Assembly (NCBI GenBank): GCA_951406725.2
Contig: OX597840.1
Location: forward strand, 17,112,001-17,176,000
Direction of reading: 5' to 3'
DNA length: 64,000 nucleotides
Source of the DNA: Octopus vulgaris
Taxonomy: Eukaryota
Below the pieces are notes generated by a model. The model did not search any database and was not told the DNA's origin. It saw nothing but the letters and a program-made list of their open reading frames with translations. Position 1 is the stretch's first letter, and every line of letters starts with the position of its first letter. The position numbers were made by a program, and so were the translations under genes. This document shows, in pieces, positions 63,001 to 64,000 of the stretch.

Positions 63001-63877
63001 TTAGTTTTGTGATTGGCAGGAAAACGTTCCACATTGTGTCTTACTAGGAGACTCACTGACCACTACAGGACACTAGACTTCAGTCAGAGCAGCCAATAGC
63101 TGTTAAGATCTTCAGCATAAACTTCAGTTCTATGATATGGAAAAGGTTGGAATGGGTGGTACTTGACACTTGCAGTTCGATTCATCTGCTCTGTGCAAAA
63201 CTGATTTAAAAGTAACAGCTTCAAATTTAGACAGACATTGATGTGTAAAACCTATTCTATAGCCAAAGACCCAATCTTCAGTAGTGTGAAAAGACTGATA
63301 TCTTATATGGGAAAGTTCCAATTTGTTTTTACGTGGATGGTCAAAAATGGCATCAATATTATAATTAGTCTGGAATGGAGACGACAGAAACATCTCAAAT
63401 ATTAAATATCCAAAGACACTTGGGCCCAAAGTAAATAGTATCTCAAAGCCTTGGTTCAGAAGCCTAAAGGAAAAACAGGTAGAGCCCTGGTGGATCAGAA
63501 GAGAAACTGAAAGGGGACAGGAATGGCATGGAACCAAGTAAAAACAAATACATCAGAAGACCACCAGAGAAGGTATGTTTCTTTTGGGAATCCCAAAGGG
63601 CCATGTTGACATCAATATACAGCTGGTATTCATTTTAATCTACCACAAAGGATGAAAAACACTTGGCAGGGCTCAAGTACTAATTAAAAGAGTAGACTGA
63701 GTCACTTAGACTAGCTACAATTCTATAAACTGGTAGTATGCACATTATATATATATATATAAGAATGTATGACAGCTTTTGGGTGGTTTGAAAAGCGATT
63801 AACATAATTTAGATGCTTACTTGGCTCATGGCAAGGATTGAGGAGACAAGTACCCAGGTCTAGTTCAGTGGTCCACA

Positions 63878-63978
63878 ACTGGTATGCTGTGGCACACTGG
63901 TATGCTGTGGCACACTGGTATGCTGTGGCACACTGGTATGCTGTGGCACACTGGTATGCTGTGGCACACTGGTGTGCC
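63878..63978. repeat. 18-bp tandem repeat actggtatgctgtggcac x5 plus a partial copy
   Basis: Five identical units following a hAT-MITE-like start cagtggtccacaac. Confidence 0.92.
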
Positions 63979-64000
63979 AGTGTAATCTGAATATAATTTT

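Noticed and set aside
63130-63537. 135-aa minus-strand ORF
   Set aside because: No recognisable domain or supporting splice pattern; lies in the presumed first ERM intron
63878-63978. CRISPR-like array (also the units at 7080-7400 and 59500-59850)
   Set aside because: No unique spacers, no cas genes, eukaryotic context

Overview
AT-rich, repeat-dense eukaryotic genomic DNA. The SINE, MITE and microsatellite landscape looks like an octopus (coleoid cephalopod); this is an inference from repeat families, not a database match. One protein-coding gene dominates the window: a minus-strand ERM (ezrin/radixin/moesin) gene. I reconstructed 13 GT-AG coding exons from 60095 to 11125 (1737 nt, 578 aa plus stop, all phases consistent). 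They encode the FERM domain, the coiled coil and a C-ERMAD ending [23 protein letters not shown]. The short first coding exon (normally MPKx) was not found and probably lies beyond 64000. Introns hold several tRNA-derived SINE families, TTAA (piggyBac-type) and hAT MITEs, relics of mariner, piggyBac and hAT transposases, a CRE-like endonuclease relic, a Helentron-like element and a 5S rRNA pseudogene. Most notable: (1) a perfect 198-bp palindrome between (TA)n tracts that carries a Penelope-type hammerhead-ribozyme fold on both strands, plus a second hammerhead relic downstream of the stop codon; (2) a GTAAGT donor overlapping the ERM stop codon, with downstream acceptors that would either regenerate the same C-terminus or add 74 aa and open a repeat-free ~2.6-kb terminal exon; (3) small exon-associated duplications and tandem in-frame donors. 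Almost all ORFs in the supplied track are spurious.
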